Below are positions 19,514 to 30,523 of a stretch of 64,000 nt of DNA, one piece after another. The stretch comes from an uncultured Methanosarcinaceae archaeon. Its GTDB lineage: Archaea > Halobacteriota > Methanosarcinia > Methanosarcinales > Methanosarcinaceae. The notes beneath the pieces were generated by a model. It did not search any database. It saw only the letters and a program-made list of their open reading frames with translations, and had not been told where the DNA came from. Both the position numbers and the translations under genes were made by a program. The stretch's first letter is position 1. Every line of letters starts with the position of its first letter. Location of the stretch: positions 256,001 to 320,000 of the forward strand of contig CAWJYV010000007.1 of the NCBI GenBank assembly GCA_963847185.1, given 5' to 3'.

Positions 19514-20869
19514 ATGGCATTATTCGGAACTAACGGTGTACGCGGTATTGCTAACGAATACATAAACCCGGAACTGGCAGTCAATTTAGCCAGAAGCCTT
19601 GGTACATACATGGGTTCAAAAGGCACTGTTGCTATCGGCTGTGATACCCGGATTTCGGGCCAGATGCTGAAATCTGCTGCAATTGCCGGGGCTCTTTCAA
19701 CAGGCTTGAATGTAATTGACGTAGGGCCTGTTCCCACTCCTTCCATTCAGTATTATGTGCGTGATTTTGCAGATGCAGGAATTGTTATTACTGCATCCCA
19801 CAACCCAAGAGAATACAATGGAATAAAATTAATTGCAGGAGATGGCTCGGAGTTCCCGAGGGACGGAGAAAAAGAAATAGAGAATATCTACTATTCCGGA
19901 AAATATTCCATTGTTTCCTGGGAAAAAACCGGCAGTTTCAGAATAGATCCCGGAGTTAATGAATACTACATCAGGAACATTATCAATTCTGTGGATGCTG
20001 AAACAATACGCAGCCGTAAATTCAAAGTAGTTGTCGATACCGGCTGCGGAGCAGGTTCCCTCACTCTTCCTTTTCTATTAAGAGAACTGGGCTGTCAGGT
20101 GTTGACTTTAGGAGCTCAGCCTGACGGAACTTTCCCCTGGCGAAATCCTGAACCCACTCCTGATGCCCTTACTGAACTCTCCGAACTTGTAAAAAAGACA
20201 GGTGCAGACTTTGGAGCAGCTCACGATGGAGATGCAGACAGAATTGTCTTTATGGATGAAAACGGGAAATTCGTTAACGAAGAAGTTTTACTTGCCATGA
20301 TGACAAAATATATGCTTGAACGTGAAAAAGGCCCTATAGTAACTCCTGTTAGCTCTTCTCAGCGCATGGCCGATGTCGCAAAGGATGCAGGAGCCGAACT
20401 TCACTGGACAGCTGTAGGTTCTATCAATGTTGCTCGTAAAATGATGGAAGTAAATGCAGTTTTCGGAGGCGAAGGCAATGGAGGCCTTATTTTCCCCAAA
20501 CACCAATACTGCAGGGACGGAGCAATGGCCTGTGCCAAAATCCTTGAAATCCTTGCTGGTGGTAAAAGACTTTCTGAGCTTGCTGCCAGTGTACCTGAGT
20601 ATTTTAATGCAAAAACCAAGGTTCCTTCTATTAATACAGAGGCAACCATGGAGAGAGTGAAATTTGAAGCTTCAGGCCTTGGGCTCAAGATGGATACAAT
20701 TGACGGAATTAAAATCTGGTACGAAGACGGCTGGGTGCTTATCCGCCCCTCGGGCACAGAACCGATTTTCCGAATCTTTGCTGAAGCAAAAAAACAGGAG
20801 AGAGCAGAAAAACTTATGCAGGAAGGCCTGAATATGGTAATCAGAGCAGAAAAGCTCTCAACTCTTTGA
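19514..20869 (+). CDS. Phosphoglucosamine mutase / phosphomannomutase (alpha-D-phosphohexomutase)
   Basis: LFGTNGVRG, TASHNP, DGDADR, GGEGNGG, RPSGTEP. Confidence 0.92.
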   Translation: MALFGTNGVRGIANEYINPELAVNLARSLGTYMGSKGTVAIGCDTRISGQMLKSAAIAGALSTGLNVIDVGPVPTPSIQYYVRDFADAGIVITASHNPREYNGIKLIAGDGSEFPRDGEKEIENIYYSGKYSIVSWEKTGSFRIDPGVNEYYIRNIINSVDAETIRSRKFKVVVDTGCGAGSLTLPFLLRELGCQVLTLGAQPDGTFPWRNPEPTPDALTELSELVKKTGADFGAAHDGDADRIVFMDENGKFVNEEVLLAMMTKYMLEREKGPIVTPVSSSQRMADVAKDAGAELHWTAVGSINVARKMMEVNAVFGGEGNGGLIFPKHQYCRDGAMACAKILEILAGGKRLSELAASVPEYFNAKTKVPSINTEATMERVKFEASGLGLKMDTIDGIKIWYEDGWVLIRPSGTEPIFRIFAEAKKQERAEKLMQEGLNMVIRAEKLSTL

Positions 20870-21067
20870 TATTTTTGTGCAGGAAATCGAGCTTTGATTC
20901 AAAGAGTCTTAATTTACAGACTCTTGAAAAAGCCTTGATTGCCCTGCCACACTCATAGAAATACAGAATACTGATTTTCTTACAAGCAGGTTGGAACATG
21001 AAACCCTAAAATTTCTGAAATTTTTCGAGGCTTTAGTTTCTTTATGACCTTAACCTTTTTCATATTT

Positions 21068-22216
21068 TTAATTTTTGATTTTTGATTTTCTCTCAGAATT
21101 TCCATGTTTTTCCCAGTAACCTGTGAGTTTACCGTTAAGGGCAAGTTTGCCAAGCTCGCTCCTTACTCTGTCACTCACTTTTGCAGGAGTTACAGATGAA
21201 TAAGGAGTTCCCGGAAGGGGGGCCATGTAGTGAGCCCTGACAGTCCCTCCTTTCCTGCAGATCCAGCGGACTAAGTCAAGGCTTTTTTCCTGATCTTCCT
21301 CAGTTTCTGTCGGAAGGCCGAAAATAAAGTCAACTGCAGGGATAATTTCATGCTCAATACAGCACTCTACAGCTGAAACGCTGTCTTCTACAGTATGCCC
21401 TCTCCGGATTTCTTTGAGGATGCGGTCACTTCCGGACTGAGCTCCAAGGCTAAGGCTGTCGTTTGCGCAATATTTTTTCACCAGTTCAACTGACTCCGTG
21501 GTTACAAACTCGGGGCGCACCTCTGAAGGAAAAGTCCCAAAAAAGATTTTTTTATCAGGTATTTCGTGAAGAGCAGAAAGCAACTTTTCTACTTTGTCAA
21601 ACCTGGGGTGAATTCCGTCACTCCCGTAGGCAAAGGCATTTGAGGCTATAAACCTGAGATCGTCATAGTACCTTGCACTTTTCATAATGGAGTCAATGCT
21701 TCTGTGCCTGAGTTCTCTTCCAAAAAGCCTGGGAGTCTGGCAATACCTGCAACCCCAGGGGCATCCCCTGCTGATTTCAATAGGAGCGCGAAGCTTTTGA
21801 GGGTCAAAACAGGGGTAAGCATTGAGGTCTACATAGGGCCTTTTTGGAGTTATGATAATCTTGCCGTTTCCCGCATCCCTGTATGCAATGCCTCTTACCT
21901 TTCGCGGATCTCCTCCTTCCTGGAGCACCTTTACAAGTTCTGGCAGGGTTTCTTCCCCTTCTCCCAGCACAACATAATCAAAATACTCAAGTGTCTCCTC
22001 CGGATTTCCAGACGGGTGCGGGCCTCCAGCAATAAAAATAGAGTCCGTACCTGCATTTTCCACTTCCTTGAAAATCTTTGCTGCCTGGTGCGTTGTAAAA
22101 CTGTAGATCATGATCCCTTTTAGAGGCCTGTCTGAAAATCCTGCTTCAGGTAGTAAAGGGGAAAGGACTGCAAAGCTGTAGGAGTTTTTTTTGCTATAGC
22201 GGAAATGGATATCCAT
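21068..22216 (-). CDS. B12-binding domain / radical SAM protein (archaeal TIGR04013-like)
   Basis: AGGPHP, GEGEETL, EISRGCPWGCRYCQT (CxxxCxxC), FPSEVRPE. Confidence 0.88.
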   Translation of the reverse strand: MDIHFRYSKKNSYSFAVLSPLLPEAGFSDRPLKGIMIYSFTTHQAAKIFKEVENAGTDSIFIAGGPHPSGNPEETLEYFDYVVLGEGEETLPELVKVLQEGGDPRKVRGIAYRDAGNGKIIITPKRPYVDLNAYPCFDPQKLRAPIEISRGCPWGCRYCQTPRLFGRELRHRSIDSIMKSARYYDDLRFIASNAFAYGSDGIHPRFDKVEKLLSALHEIPDKKIFFGTFPSEVRPEFVTTESVELVKKYCANDSLSLGAQSGSDRILKEIRRGHTVEDSVSAVECCIEHEIIPAVDFIFGLPTETEEDQEKSLDLVRWICRKGGTVRAHYMAPLPGTPYSSVTPAKVSDRVRSELGKLALNGKLTGYWEKHGNSERKSKIKN

Positions 22217-22245
22217 TATTTTTCTCCATTAAGCCTGTGTTCTCT

Positions 22246-23373
22246 TCAAGTTATAGGTTTGAAAGGGATTAGAGTAAAGCAGAGGAGGCCAAGAATAAAC
22301 ATAAAGATCCCTAGAAGGATGCGTTTTCTATCCAGCTCTACATCCTGAAGGGGAGACGGATGTCCTACTGCTGCAAAAGCCCAGAGGAAAAGAGCCCAAA
22401 AAATCCATATGAATCCATCTTCCCTCAGCCAGTAGATTACATAAATTCCTATCAGGAATAAAATACGCGGCATTAAATATGAAATGCTCTCTGCCTTTTT
22501 ACCAAGCATGGCCCTGAGCACATGCCCACCGTCAAGCTGTCCTGCAGGAAGGAGATTGAGAAGGGTTACAAACATTCCCACCCAGCCTGCAAATGCCACA
22601 GGGTGGAGATTATCTCCTGTGAAACCGACAAGGTTCTGAATTAATACAAATAAGGGGGGCAGACCCAGAGTAAACATTACAGTATTTGACAGAGGGGTAA
22701 CTGCTGGTGCTTCAAGGTTAAGCCCTACAACAGTAACTGCAATCGATACCAGAAGCCCTACAAGAGGACCGGCAATTCCTACATCAAAGAGAGCTGTCCG
22801 GCTTGGGATGGGTCCTTTGTAACGGATTACTGCTCCCATGGTGCCGATAAATGTAGGAAACGGGATAAAGTAGGGAAGAGATGTCTTCATTCCGTGGTAC
22901 CTGGCAGCAACATAATGAGCCATCTCATGAGAACCAAGAACTGACATTATTGCAAGAGTGAAAGATAAACCCTTAAACGATTGCAGAGGCTCATTTACAA
23001 TATCCACTCCAAACATAAGGGCTCCACAGACCATTGTTGAAAAAAAAGTAGCTATTAAAAGGATTAAATTTACCCAGGTTCTTTCCTTTGCCTTCTTTTC
23101 AGGAGCAACCAGCAGAACGTATTCTCCAAGTTCGTGTTTGAGGTTACTTCCTAACCCAAATTGCTGGAGAGGTCCCCAGAGTTCTCCAGTGACATTATCT
23201 GCGTCTATTTTTGGTGTCCCATAGAAATAAAGGGCTTCTCCGGAACTCTGGATCTCATACACGTCAAAAACCCTGACTATGAAAGGATATAAGCGTGAAA
23301 TTGTCTCTTCTACATTGAATTTTTCATAGCCTTTCGTATGATTTTTTATTTCATGGTTCATTTTGGGGCTCAC
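22246..23373 (-). CDS. Site-2 protease (M50 family)
   Basis: HEMAH, IAGPLVG, NLLPAGQLDGGH; multiple TM segments. Confidence 0.93.
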   Translation of the reverse strand: MSPKMNHEIKNHTKGYEKFNVEETISRLYPFIVRVFDVYEIQSSGEALYFYGTPKIDADNVTGELWGPLQQFGLGSNLKHELGEYVLLVAPEKKAKERTWVNLILLIATFFSTMVCGALMFGVDIVNEPLQSFKGLSFTLAIMSVLGSHEMAHYVAARYHGMKTSLPYFIPFPTFIGTMGAVIRYKGPIPSRTALFDVGIAGPLVGLLVSIAVTVVGLNLEAPAVTPLSNTVMFTLGLPPLFVLIQNLVGFTGDNLHPVAFAGWVGMFVTLLNLLPAGQLDGGHVLRAMLGKKAESISYLMPRILFLIGIYVIYWLREDGFIWIFWALFLWAFAAVGHPSPLQDVELDRKRILLGIFMFILGLLCFTLIPFKPIT

Positions 23374-23514
23374 GTCTTTAAGGTTTAAGATTTCCTTTTT
23401 CTTTCCCTATATTTTCCATTTAAAGGTTCATTTATTTATCGGCTTTAATTATTATTTTTCTATTCTGTTTATTATTTTTCGGCCCATTGGGTATTTTTCT
23501 CTTATTCTAACGTC

Positions 23515-23949
23515 TTATTTTTCAACCTTATCGGCTTTCTTTTTTATAAGTTCAACATATCCTTCGCTTCCATTTACAAGAACAAAGTCTCCATCCTTCA
23601 AAATTTCGTAAGGATTCCTTTCAAGCATGTCAACGAGTGGGATTTCGGAAATAATGGCTCCAACTGCTACTATGGGTTCAGTTTCCAGATTTATGATTGC
23701 CGCAGGTGCAACTCCGTTTTTTTTCAGCTGGTACATTACATACGAACCAACTGTAGACCCTTTCCCATGGGGAAAAATCAGGACTTTTCCTTTAATTGAC
23801 ATCCCAGAAAGAGAATGCTTTTCTTCAATTACGATTCCTGTTTTTGGGTCTACACTGCCAAGGAATGAAATAGGATCCCTGGAGATCAAGACTTCCCCTT
23901 CTACACTCCCTCTGGAGATTGTCCTGCCTTTGAGCTTAATAGGAATCAC
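23515..23949 (-). CDS. Phosphomevalonate dehydratase small subunit (AcnX swivel, DUF126)
   Basis: ISFLGSVDPKTG, GKGSTVGSY, EPIVAVGAII; start uncertain (GTG 23949, ORF extends to 23973). Confidence 0.88.
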   Translation of the reverse strand: MIPIKLKGRTISRGSVEGEVLISRDPISFLGSVDPKTGIVIEEKHSLSGMSIKGKVLIFPHGKGSTVGSYVMYQLKKNGVAPAAIINLETEPIVAVGAIISEIPLVDMLERNPYEILKDGDFVLVNGSEGYVELIKKKADKVEK

Positions 23950-25141
23950 CTGCCCTTTTTTCTGTTCTGCCAATCGCTTCCTTTACACAGGCTTCCATAT
24001 TTCCATATACAGCTTCAGCCCCGCACATTCCAGGCACATAAGCAAAGGCTTTTCCTGAGTTTACCATAACACAGGAGTATCTGTTTGTAGCTGGAGATAC
24101 AACCATACAGGTATCACAGACAACTCTGGCCCCGCTTTTTTCAATAACCTTAACATATTCCTTACAGCGGTTTGCAAGCTCCCGTGAGGTAAAAATCCAG
24201 AATTCTTTTGAAACTTTTTTTCCCTTAAGGAGTTCAGCTGCCATCTTTAGTTCGGCTGCAGAGCAATGAGGGCATCCGATCGTAATCAAGTCAGGTTCTT
24301 TACAGGCTTTCTTCCGGCTCTCATAAACTTCATCAATTTGATCCCTTTCAATTGTAATCTTCTCTGCCGGCTCCTCAAAATCCAGCCTGCAAGCTTCAGG
24401 TGTTACTCTATTTACATGGTAAAGGGCAACTGCTCCTGAAGCTGCCATTGCAGCTCCGAGAGCTTTCAATTCATCTGCCTCTGGAGTATCCTTCAAATGA
24501 AAAATAGGAACTTTGCTCCCTACAAGTTTACCAGCTATATATCCAAGTGCACCATAATCCGATTTTTGCAACGAGCTTTCAACATTAATTGAAATTTCAG
24601 GCACACGGTTTTCATCCAGATGGAACCCATAATTTGCAGTTTTCCCCAGAAGCGCCGCAGAAAGGGCTGAAGGTCCGCCTTCTCTGTTTGTCCTGGCTCC
24701 TATTACGGAATTTGCATAGGACACAGCTGAAGATTCGCTCCATGCCAGATGGTCTCCGTAACTCACGTTAAAACCTTCAAGGGTATATGGTGTGCATGTA
24801 CATTCACAGCTGATCCCAAGCTTTTCATATGCCTGAATTATTGCTTTTTGCTTTTCTGCAAAATCAGGCGGAATCCTGAGCTTTTCCCAGTCTTCAAGGT
24901 CCATTCCAGCAGGATTCAGGATTGCAGGAACCTTAACCTTTCCCTCCAGGTCAGAAATCCATTCAAGGCCTGCATCGCCTATAGTTTTGTAAGAAACACC
25001 TGCTATCTGAGCGCTTTTGATAGGAACAAGCCTATCTGCACCGTAGATATCTCCAAGAGCTACAAGGATCTCAATAGCCTGCCTTAGAGTCTCTCCTGCT
25101 TCTCCATTCAGGATCTGCTCTTCTTCTTTTGTGAGGTACAT
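23936..25141 (-). CDS. Phosphomevalonate dehydratase large subunit (AcnX, DUF521)
   Basis: GVSYKTIGDAG, CTCTPY, WSESSAV.YANSV.GARTNREGG, GCPHCS, DTCMVV. Confidence 0.92.
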   Translation of the reverse strand: MYLTKEEEQILNGEAGETLRQAIEILVALGDIYGADRLVPIKSAQIAGVSYKTIGDAGLEWISDLEGKVKVPAILNPAGMDLEDWEKLRIPPDFAEKQKAIIQAYEKLGISCECTCTPYTLEGFNVSYGDHLAWSESSAVSYANSVIGARTNREGGPSALSAALLGKTANYGFHLDENRVPEISINVESSLQKSDYGALGYIAGKLVGSKVPIFHLKDTPEADELKALGAAMAASGAVALYHVNRVTPEACRLDFEEPAEKITIERDQIDEVYESRKKACKEPDLITIGCPHCSAAELKMAAELLKGKKVSKEFWIFTSRELANRCKEYVKVIEKSGARVVCDTCMVVSPATNRYSCVMVNSGKAFAYVPGMCGAEAVYGNMEACVKEAIGRTEKRAGDSY

Positions 25142-25262
25142 GGAAATTCACTCTATAACTGCCAGCTATAACCGCTATTGTCTAAACGAATTTTTATGCC
25201 TTAATCTTCAGGCCTTTTAAAGGGTTTTTAATCTTGAAGAGGCTCTAGCAAGCTTCTTCTAC

Positions 25263-26531
25263 TTATTCTTCCGGAATTACAGCTCTTTCGAAATTTTCTT
25301 TCTCTACAAGGATTTTTGTGGCGTCAATTCCTACTTTTGTGGTTGTCCCGTCAGGAGCTCCTCTTGGGTCTAAGGAGCTGCCGCGAACATTGGAGATTAT
25401 AAGAATATCCATATCTCCTTTTACCCTTGTAGCAATTGCAAATTCAACATCATTAGGGTCAAAGATATTTATATCGTCGTCCACAACCACTACATGCTTG
25501 AGGCTTGTATGGGCCGCAAAGGCTGCCATTATAGCATTTTTCCCGTCTCCTTCCGTCTGCTTCTCAATCTGGACAACTGCATGGAGATAACAGCATCCTC
25601 CTTCTGTCAGCACTACATTTTTTACTGTAGTTACTTCCCCGACAGCCCTGTAGATTCTGGGTTCGTAGGGTATACCCATCATCAGGAGATGTTCTGGCCC
25701 GGCTGGCAGGATTCCGTGATAGATCGGGTCTTTTCTATGGATAATCCGGGTGATGCGGATCACAGGCTCCTTTCTTACTAAATCGTATGTTCCCGTAATG
25801 TCTACGAAAGGTCCTTCGTCAACCTTTTCTACGGGGTCAACGTAACCTTCAAGCACAATTTCAGCATGAGGAACCTTTACTCCATTTACACATTCAAAAA
25901 CTTCTACAGGGGCTCCACGAAGGGCAGCCGCATATTCAAGTTCTTTTCCTACGGGAACCCTTGTCGAAGTTGCGTAAATTATTGTTGGATCGCAGCCAAG
26001 AACGATTGCTACAGGCAAAGGTTCGCCCTTTTCGGCGGCTTTTTTATGCAGGAGATAGGTATGTCTTGGAGGGACCAGACGGGCTGCCAGTTTATCTTTT
26101 CCTGCAAGCATAAGGCGATGAATTGAAGCATTCATTACGCCTCCATATTCTGAAAACACAATTCCTGCAGTTATATACGGTGCTCCGTCTTTTTCAAAAT
26201 GAGTAAGTATAGGAAGTTTTGTCAAATCAACTTCTTCTTCCACAACTTCCAGGGTAGGGGAATCCGATACAAGACTCACTATGCCCTTAGGAGAAACTTC
26301 CGAAAGCCTTTTTATAATATCTTCTTTAGGAACTCCTAACATAGATGCCAGTTCATCTCTGGATCCAAGGAGATTCATAATCACCTTTGAGCCTGAGATA
26401 TCATGAAAAAGAACCGGAGCTTTTGTCTTTTTCGCAATTCTTGAAGCTTCGAATCGAGGGGAAACAGGTTGTGTGATTTCGACCAGTTTTCCATTTTCTT
26501 TTAACTGGTTTATAAAGGTTCTAAAACTCAT
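25263..26531 (-). CDS. UbiD-family prFMN decarboxylase, probable anhydromevalonate phosphate decarboxylase
   Basis: EGPFVDITGTYD, RGSSLDP, KVGIDAT; adjacent and co-oriented with the AcnX pair. Confidence 0.9.
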   Translation of the reverse strand: MSFRTFINQLKENGKLVEITQPVSPRFEASRIAKKTKAPVLFHDISGSKVIMNLLGSRDELASMLGVPKEDIIKRLSEVSPKGIVSLVSDSPTLEVVEEEVDLTKLPILTHFEKDGAPYITAGIVFSEYGGVMNASIHRLMLAGKDKLAARLVPPRHTYLLHKKAAEKGEPLPVAIVLGCDPTIIYATSTRVPVGKELEYAAALRGAPVEVFECVNGVKVPHAEIVLEGYVDPVEKVDEGPFVDITGTYDLVRKEPVIRITRIIHRKDPIYHGILPAGPEHLLMMGIPYEPRIYRAVGEVTTVKNVVLTEGGCCYLHAVVQIEKQTEGDGKNAIMAAFAAHTSLKHVVVVDDDINIFDPNDVEFAIATRVKGDMDILIISNVRGSSLDPRGAPDGTTTKVGIDATKILVEKENFERAVIPEE

Positions 26532-27367
26532 GGGTATCTGGATATCAAAAAGCTGTTAGATGATAAAAAGATTATCTGATTAGCTAGTGAATAACTTTAT
26601 ATTTCACTGATATATTACAAGCAAATAGAATAAGTGAAACAGGGTTTCTGTATCTGTGTTTTTGTAACCCTGTTTTGTCTTAAAGTCCAATTTTATCAAA
26701 AACCTCTTTAGATCCTGATTTCCAGTCCATTTTTATATTTTTTTCTTGCTGAATTTCAGGGACGGCAAAGTCCAATGAATTGTCTCTGATAAACATAATT
26801 AAGTTAAATGAAATTTTTTGACGGACTGTTCAGTAACTCTATTTCTTAATTCGTTCATGGGTCTTCTAATAAATAATTTTTCTATTGAATTTTTTCCAAA
26901 ATAAAAGTCTCATCTAAATGTCCAAAATAGTATATTTACTTTTCTTAAGGATTCTTTAATTCTCTTTCACTTCTAAATCTCAATATCTATTTGACTGATT
27001 TGCGTAAAAACATACATGTGTCTAAATATATCCTTATATCGTGTAATCAAGGCAGCCTTTTCTGTATTTTTATTATATATTTTTGCTTATATTTAATACA
27101 GACTTATACAATTTACTCCTGAAGATAGGTAAGTAGTTATAGTTCTTTTTAATTTACCTAATTATATGGGTCATATAGTTATTAGGACATTTTTATAGTT
27201 TTAATTTTAACTGACCTGATAATATATAATCTTAAAAACAAAAACACTACTTTGTATTTTTATTTTTAAATATGTTGTTCAATTGTATCTATGTAGTGGA
27301 AACTTTCAAAAATTAATTGAATCAAGAAAAACGGGGACAGGAGTGTAGTATAGGAAGTGGAATATAA

Positions 27368-29593
27368 ATGGAAGTTACGAACAAAAAAATTGAATTTACA
27401 ATAATGGCAATAACAACGGGGCTAATTATTGTATTATTGGCAAGTCCAGTAATGGCAGTCTCATCAGGGACTTACACTTTAAATGCTGATTTCGATAAAG
27501 GTACTTTTGTTGGAGTTGAACACGACACAGTAGCCGATCAATTACAATTATCTGAGAAAGCTGTTACTCTTCCTTTTATCTGGGTTCCCAACTCAAATGA
27601 AGGGACAGTTTCTAAATATGATACTGTAACAGGAAAAGAATTGGCAAGGTATCGCACTGGACCAGATTCAAATGGAGACCCTTCAAGGACAACTGTTGAT
27701 CTTGATGGAAGTGTATGGTTTGGTAACAGAAACACTGGCACGGTAGTGAAGATCGTGCTTCCTGAAAGTGGGAAGTGGGTAGACAAAAACGGAAATGGAA
27801 ATCGTGATACTTCTCAAGATACAAATGATAATGGAATTATTGAAAGTAATGAAGTTCTTCCATGGGGTCAGGACGAATGCGTCGTGCATGAAGTAGCAGT
27901 GGGAAATACATGGAGAGGTCCCAGAGGTATAGCAATTGATTCCGATAATAATCTTTGGGCAGGAACTTATTCCGATTCCTCAAATAAATTCTATCATATA
28001 AATGGAGAAAGTGGAGCTATCATTGATACAATCAATATTGAATATGGGTCATACGGTGCTCTAGTTGATGAAAATGGAAATATTTGGTCATCAACTTTAA
28101 GCACCTGTGTGCTTAAAATTAATCCGTCAACAAGTACCGTTCAAAAAATAGACCTCCCAGCTTCCTCATATGGTATTGGAATTGACAAAAATGGTCACGT
28201 GTTTGTTGCCGGATGGGGAAGTGACATAGTAACAAAAATTGACACAAACACAGACACTATCATAACAACTGCTTCTCAAGGAGATACATACTGTCGGGGA
28301 GTAGCAGTTACAAACGATGGAGATGTATGGATAGTCAATTCCCAAAACGGAGCCGTAAAGCGCCTTGACAACGACTTGAACAGTAAAGCAACAATTAGTG
28401 TAGGTTCTGACGGATTTGGATCTCAGCCTACAGGTGTAGCAGTAGATGCTGAGGGAAAGGTATGGGCATGTAATTATAATGATGGTTACTTGAACAGAAT
28501 AGATCCTTCAACGAACTCGGTTGACCTTTCAGTGCAAACTCTCGGATTAGATGGTGGCGTTGGAATGCATTACAGCTACAGCGACATGACTGGCATTATA
28601 GCAAGAACGGTAACTACAAAGATAGGTACTTGGACTGTTAACTTTGATAGTGAAGAAGACAACATGCCCTGGGGTACTGTTTCTTGGAATGCAAATGAGC
28701 CAGCTGGAACATCTGTCAAAGTTGAAGTTAGAAGCTCAAATGACGGAAATACATGGTCTTCTTGGGAAACTGCGGTAAATGGCGACTCACTGAGTTCAAC
28801 CCCTGATGGTAGATATCTACAAATTAAAACAACACTTCAAATCAATAGCGGAGATGTATCACCAGTCCTTTATGATCTTAGTGTTGAAGCAGAGAAACCA
28901 TCAAATTTCGCACCTGTAGCAAACGCCGGGCCGGATCAGACAGTTGAGCAGGCTAGTCTAGCCGGTACCTCGGTAGCTCTTGATGGATCAGGTTCTACTG
29001 ATGATGGCCAGATAGCACCATTGACATATACCTGGACATGGAATGGTGGATCAGCTAACAGTGTTAATCCTACAGTAACTCTGCCCTTGGGGACAACAAC
29101 AATAACTCTTGAAGTTTCAGATGGACAATTTTCAGCTACTGATACTGTTGATCTCGCTGTAAAGGATACAACTCCACCATCGGTTACAACTTCAGATAAA
29201 CCAATAGTACTCTGGCCTGCAAACCACAAATATAAAACCGTATCCATCTCTGATTTTGTTACCTCAACGGCAGATATCTGTGATGCAAGTGTAGGCATTA
29301 ATAATATAGCAATCACATCAGTGAGCAGTGATGAGCCTGAGGAAGTTACAGGTGAAGGAGATGGGAACACGATGGCAGATATTGTTATCAAGGATGCCCA
29401 GACAGTTGATTTAAGAGCAGAAAGACAGGGAGACGGAAACGGCAGAGTATATACAATTAATTGTCAAGTAACAGATTTCTCAGGTAATACTGCAATTAAG
29501 TCCTTCCAGATCTGGGTTCCCCATGATCAGGAAGTAGGCGCTACAGCCATTGATGACGGTGCAACTGCAGGCTATACAGTGAATTACCCCTAA
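27368..29593 (+). CDS. Secreted/surface protein: beta-propeller (Vgb/NHL-like), beta-sandwich, PKD-like and C-terminal Ig-like domains
   Basis: Signal peptide (..SPVMA); GPRGIAIDSDNNLW and PTGVAVDAEGKVW blades; YSYSDMTG; APVANAGPDQTV; LWPANHKY...LRAERQGDGNGRVYTI. Confidence 0.8.
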   Translation: MEVTNKKIEFTIMAITTGLIIVLLASPVMAVSSGTYTLNADFDKGTFVGVEHDTVADQLQLSEKAVTLPFIWVPNSNEGTVSKYDTVTGKELARYRTGPDSNGDPSRTTVDLDGSVWFGNRNTGTVVKIVLPESGKWVDKNGNGNRDTSQDTNDNGIIESNEVLPWGQDECVVHEVAVGNTWRGPRGIAIDSDNNLWAGTYSDSSNKFYHINGESGAIIDTINIEYGSYGALVDENGNIWSSTLSTCVLKINPSTSTVQKIDLPASSYGIGIDKNGHVFVAGWGSDIVTKIDTNTDTIITTASQGDTYCRGVAVTNDGDVWIVNSQNGAVKRLDNDLNSKATISVGSDGFGSQPTGVAVDAEGKVWACNYNDGYLNRIDPSTNSVDLSVQTLGLDGGVGMHYSYSDMTGIIARTVTTKIGTWTVNFDSEEDNMPWGTVSWNANEPAGTSVKVEVRSSNDGNTWSSWETAVNGDSLSSTPDGRYLQIKTTLQINSGDVSPVLYDLSVEAEKPSNFAPVANAGPDQTVEQASLAGTSVALDGSGSTDDGQIAPLTYTWTWNGGSANSVNPTVTLPLGTTTITLEVSDGQFSATDTVDLAVKDTTPPSVTTSDKPIVLWPANHKYKTVSISDFVTSTADICDASVGINNIAITSVSSDEPEEVTGEGDGNTMADIVIKDAQTVDLRAERQGDGNGRVYTINCQVTDFSGNTAIKSFQIWVPHDQEVGATAIDDGATAGYTVNYP

Positions 29594-29725
29594 ATTTACC
29601 TGATTAAATAAAAAATTATTTGTCAGTGAAGTAAAGCTTGAAGCCTATCATACAGAAGACCGGAAGAAATGTATCTTTCTTCCATTACTTTTTTACACTA
29701 ATTACCTATTTTTGTGAGGCTATTC

Positions 29726-30523
29726 ATGAATGCAAAAATTATGAAAAAAGGAATATGCCTAATAGGTTTTATTCTTATCTTTCTGGCGGGACTATTAGCT
29801 GTTAATGATTTTAATTCAGATGAGAATGGCTCATATGTCGTTTCAATTAAAAGTGCCTCTACATTTAATGATAGTTTTAGCGAGGGAATTTTGAATTCGC
29901 AAAAATGGCAAATCACCCGTGAAGGAGATTCTAAGGAAAACATAATAGACGTATACGACGTTGATCCTTCGGATAATTTTGACCCTCGATTGAGATTGGG
30001 CATGAACACAATCGGTACAAGCGATAATACGGTAAAGTTCCAGGGAGTTAAAAGTGTAGAGAAAGTAAATTTTAGTGATGGAAAGGAAATTTCATTTGAT
30101 CTTTATTGGAACAACCAGAGCAATGGATGCTATCTAACGGGAGCCTTCTGTCTATGCCCTACTGCAACTAACGGAAATCCAGAAGATGAAAGTAACTGGA
30201 TAAAATTTGAATATATTGGGGTCCCTCCTGGTGAAAATGGTCGCAGTATTATCTCCAGTAAAATTGATGGGAATATAAGATTGTTATATGACGAAGGTTG
30301 GCCTGAAGAGCGTACTGGCAGAAAGATTGCAGACCAGCACATTAAGATAATCCTCTATGATAAGAGTTTTAAAATCTTAGAGAATGGTAAGGAATTATAT
30401 ACTTCATCATTACACAATTTGAATTTTAAATCCGCTTATATTTATTTGCAAATGAGTAGTCACAGTAATTACCCCATGCGAGAAATTTATTTCGACAACA
30501 TTATAGTTGCCAGATGTGCCTAA
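29726..30523 (+). CDS. Hypothetical secreted protein (possible beta-sandwich/lectin-like fold)
   Basis: KK plus hydrophobic N-terminal segment; FNDSFS...KWQI start and IYFDNIIV end; long ORF in AT-rich DNA. Confidence 0.7.
   Translation: MNAKIMKKGICLIGFILIFLAGLLAVNDFNSDENGSYVVSIKSASTFNDSFSEGILNSQKWQITREGDSKENIIDVYDVDPSDNFDPRLRLGMNTIGTSDNTVKFQGVKSVEKVNFSDGKEISFDLYWNNQSNGCYLTGAFCLCPTATNGNPEDESNWIKFEYIGVPPGENGRSIISSKIDGNIRLLYDEGWPEERTGRKIADQHIKIILYDKSFKILENGKELYTSSLHNLNFKSAYIYLQMSSHSNYPMREIYFDNIIVARCA

Noticed and set aside
26823-26840. ggactgttcagtaactc resembling an IS terminal repeat
   Set aside because: No inverted partner or transposase found in the window; the resemblance cannot be confirmed by eye.
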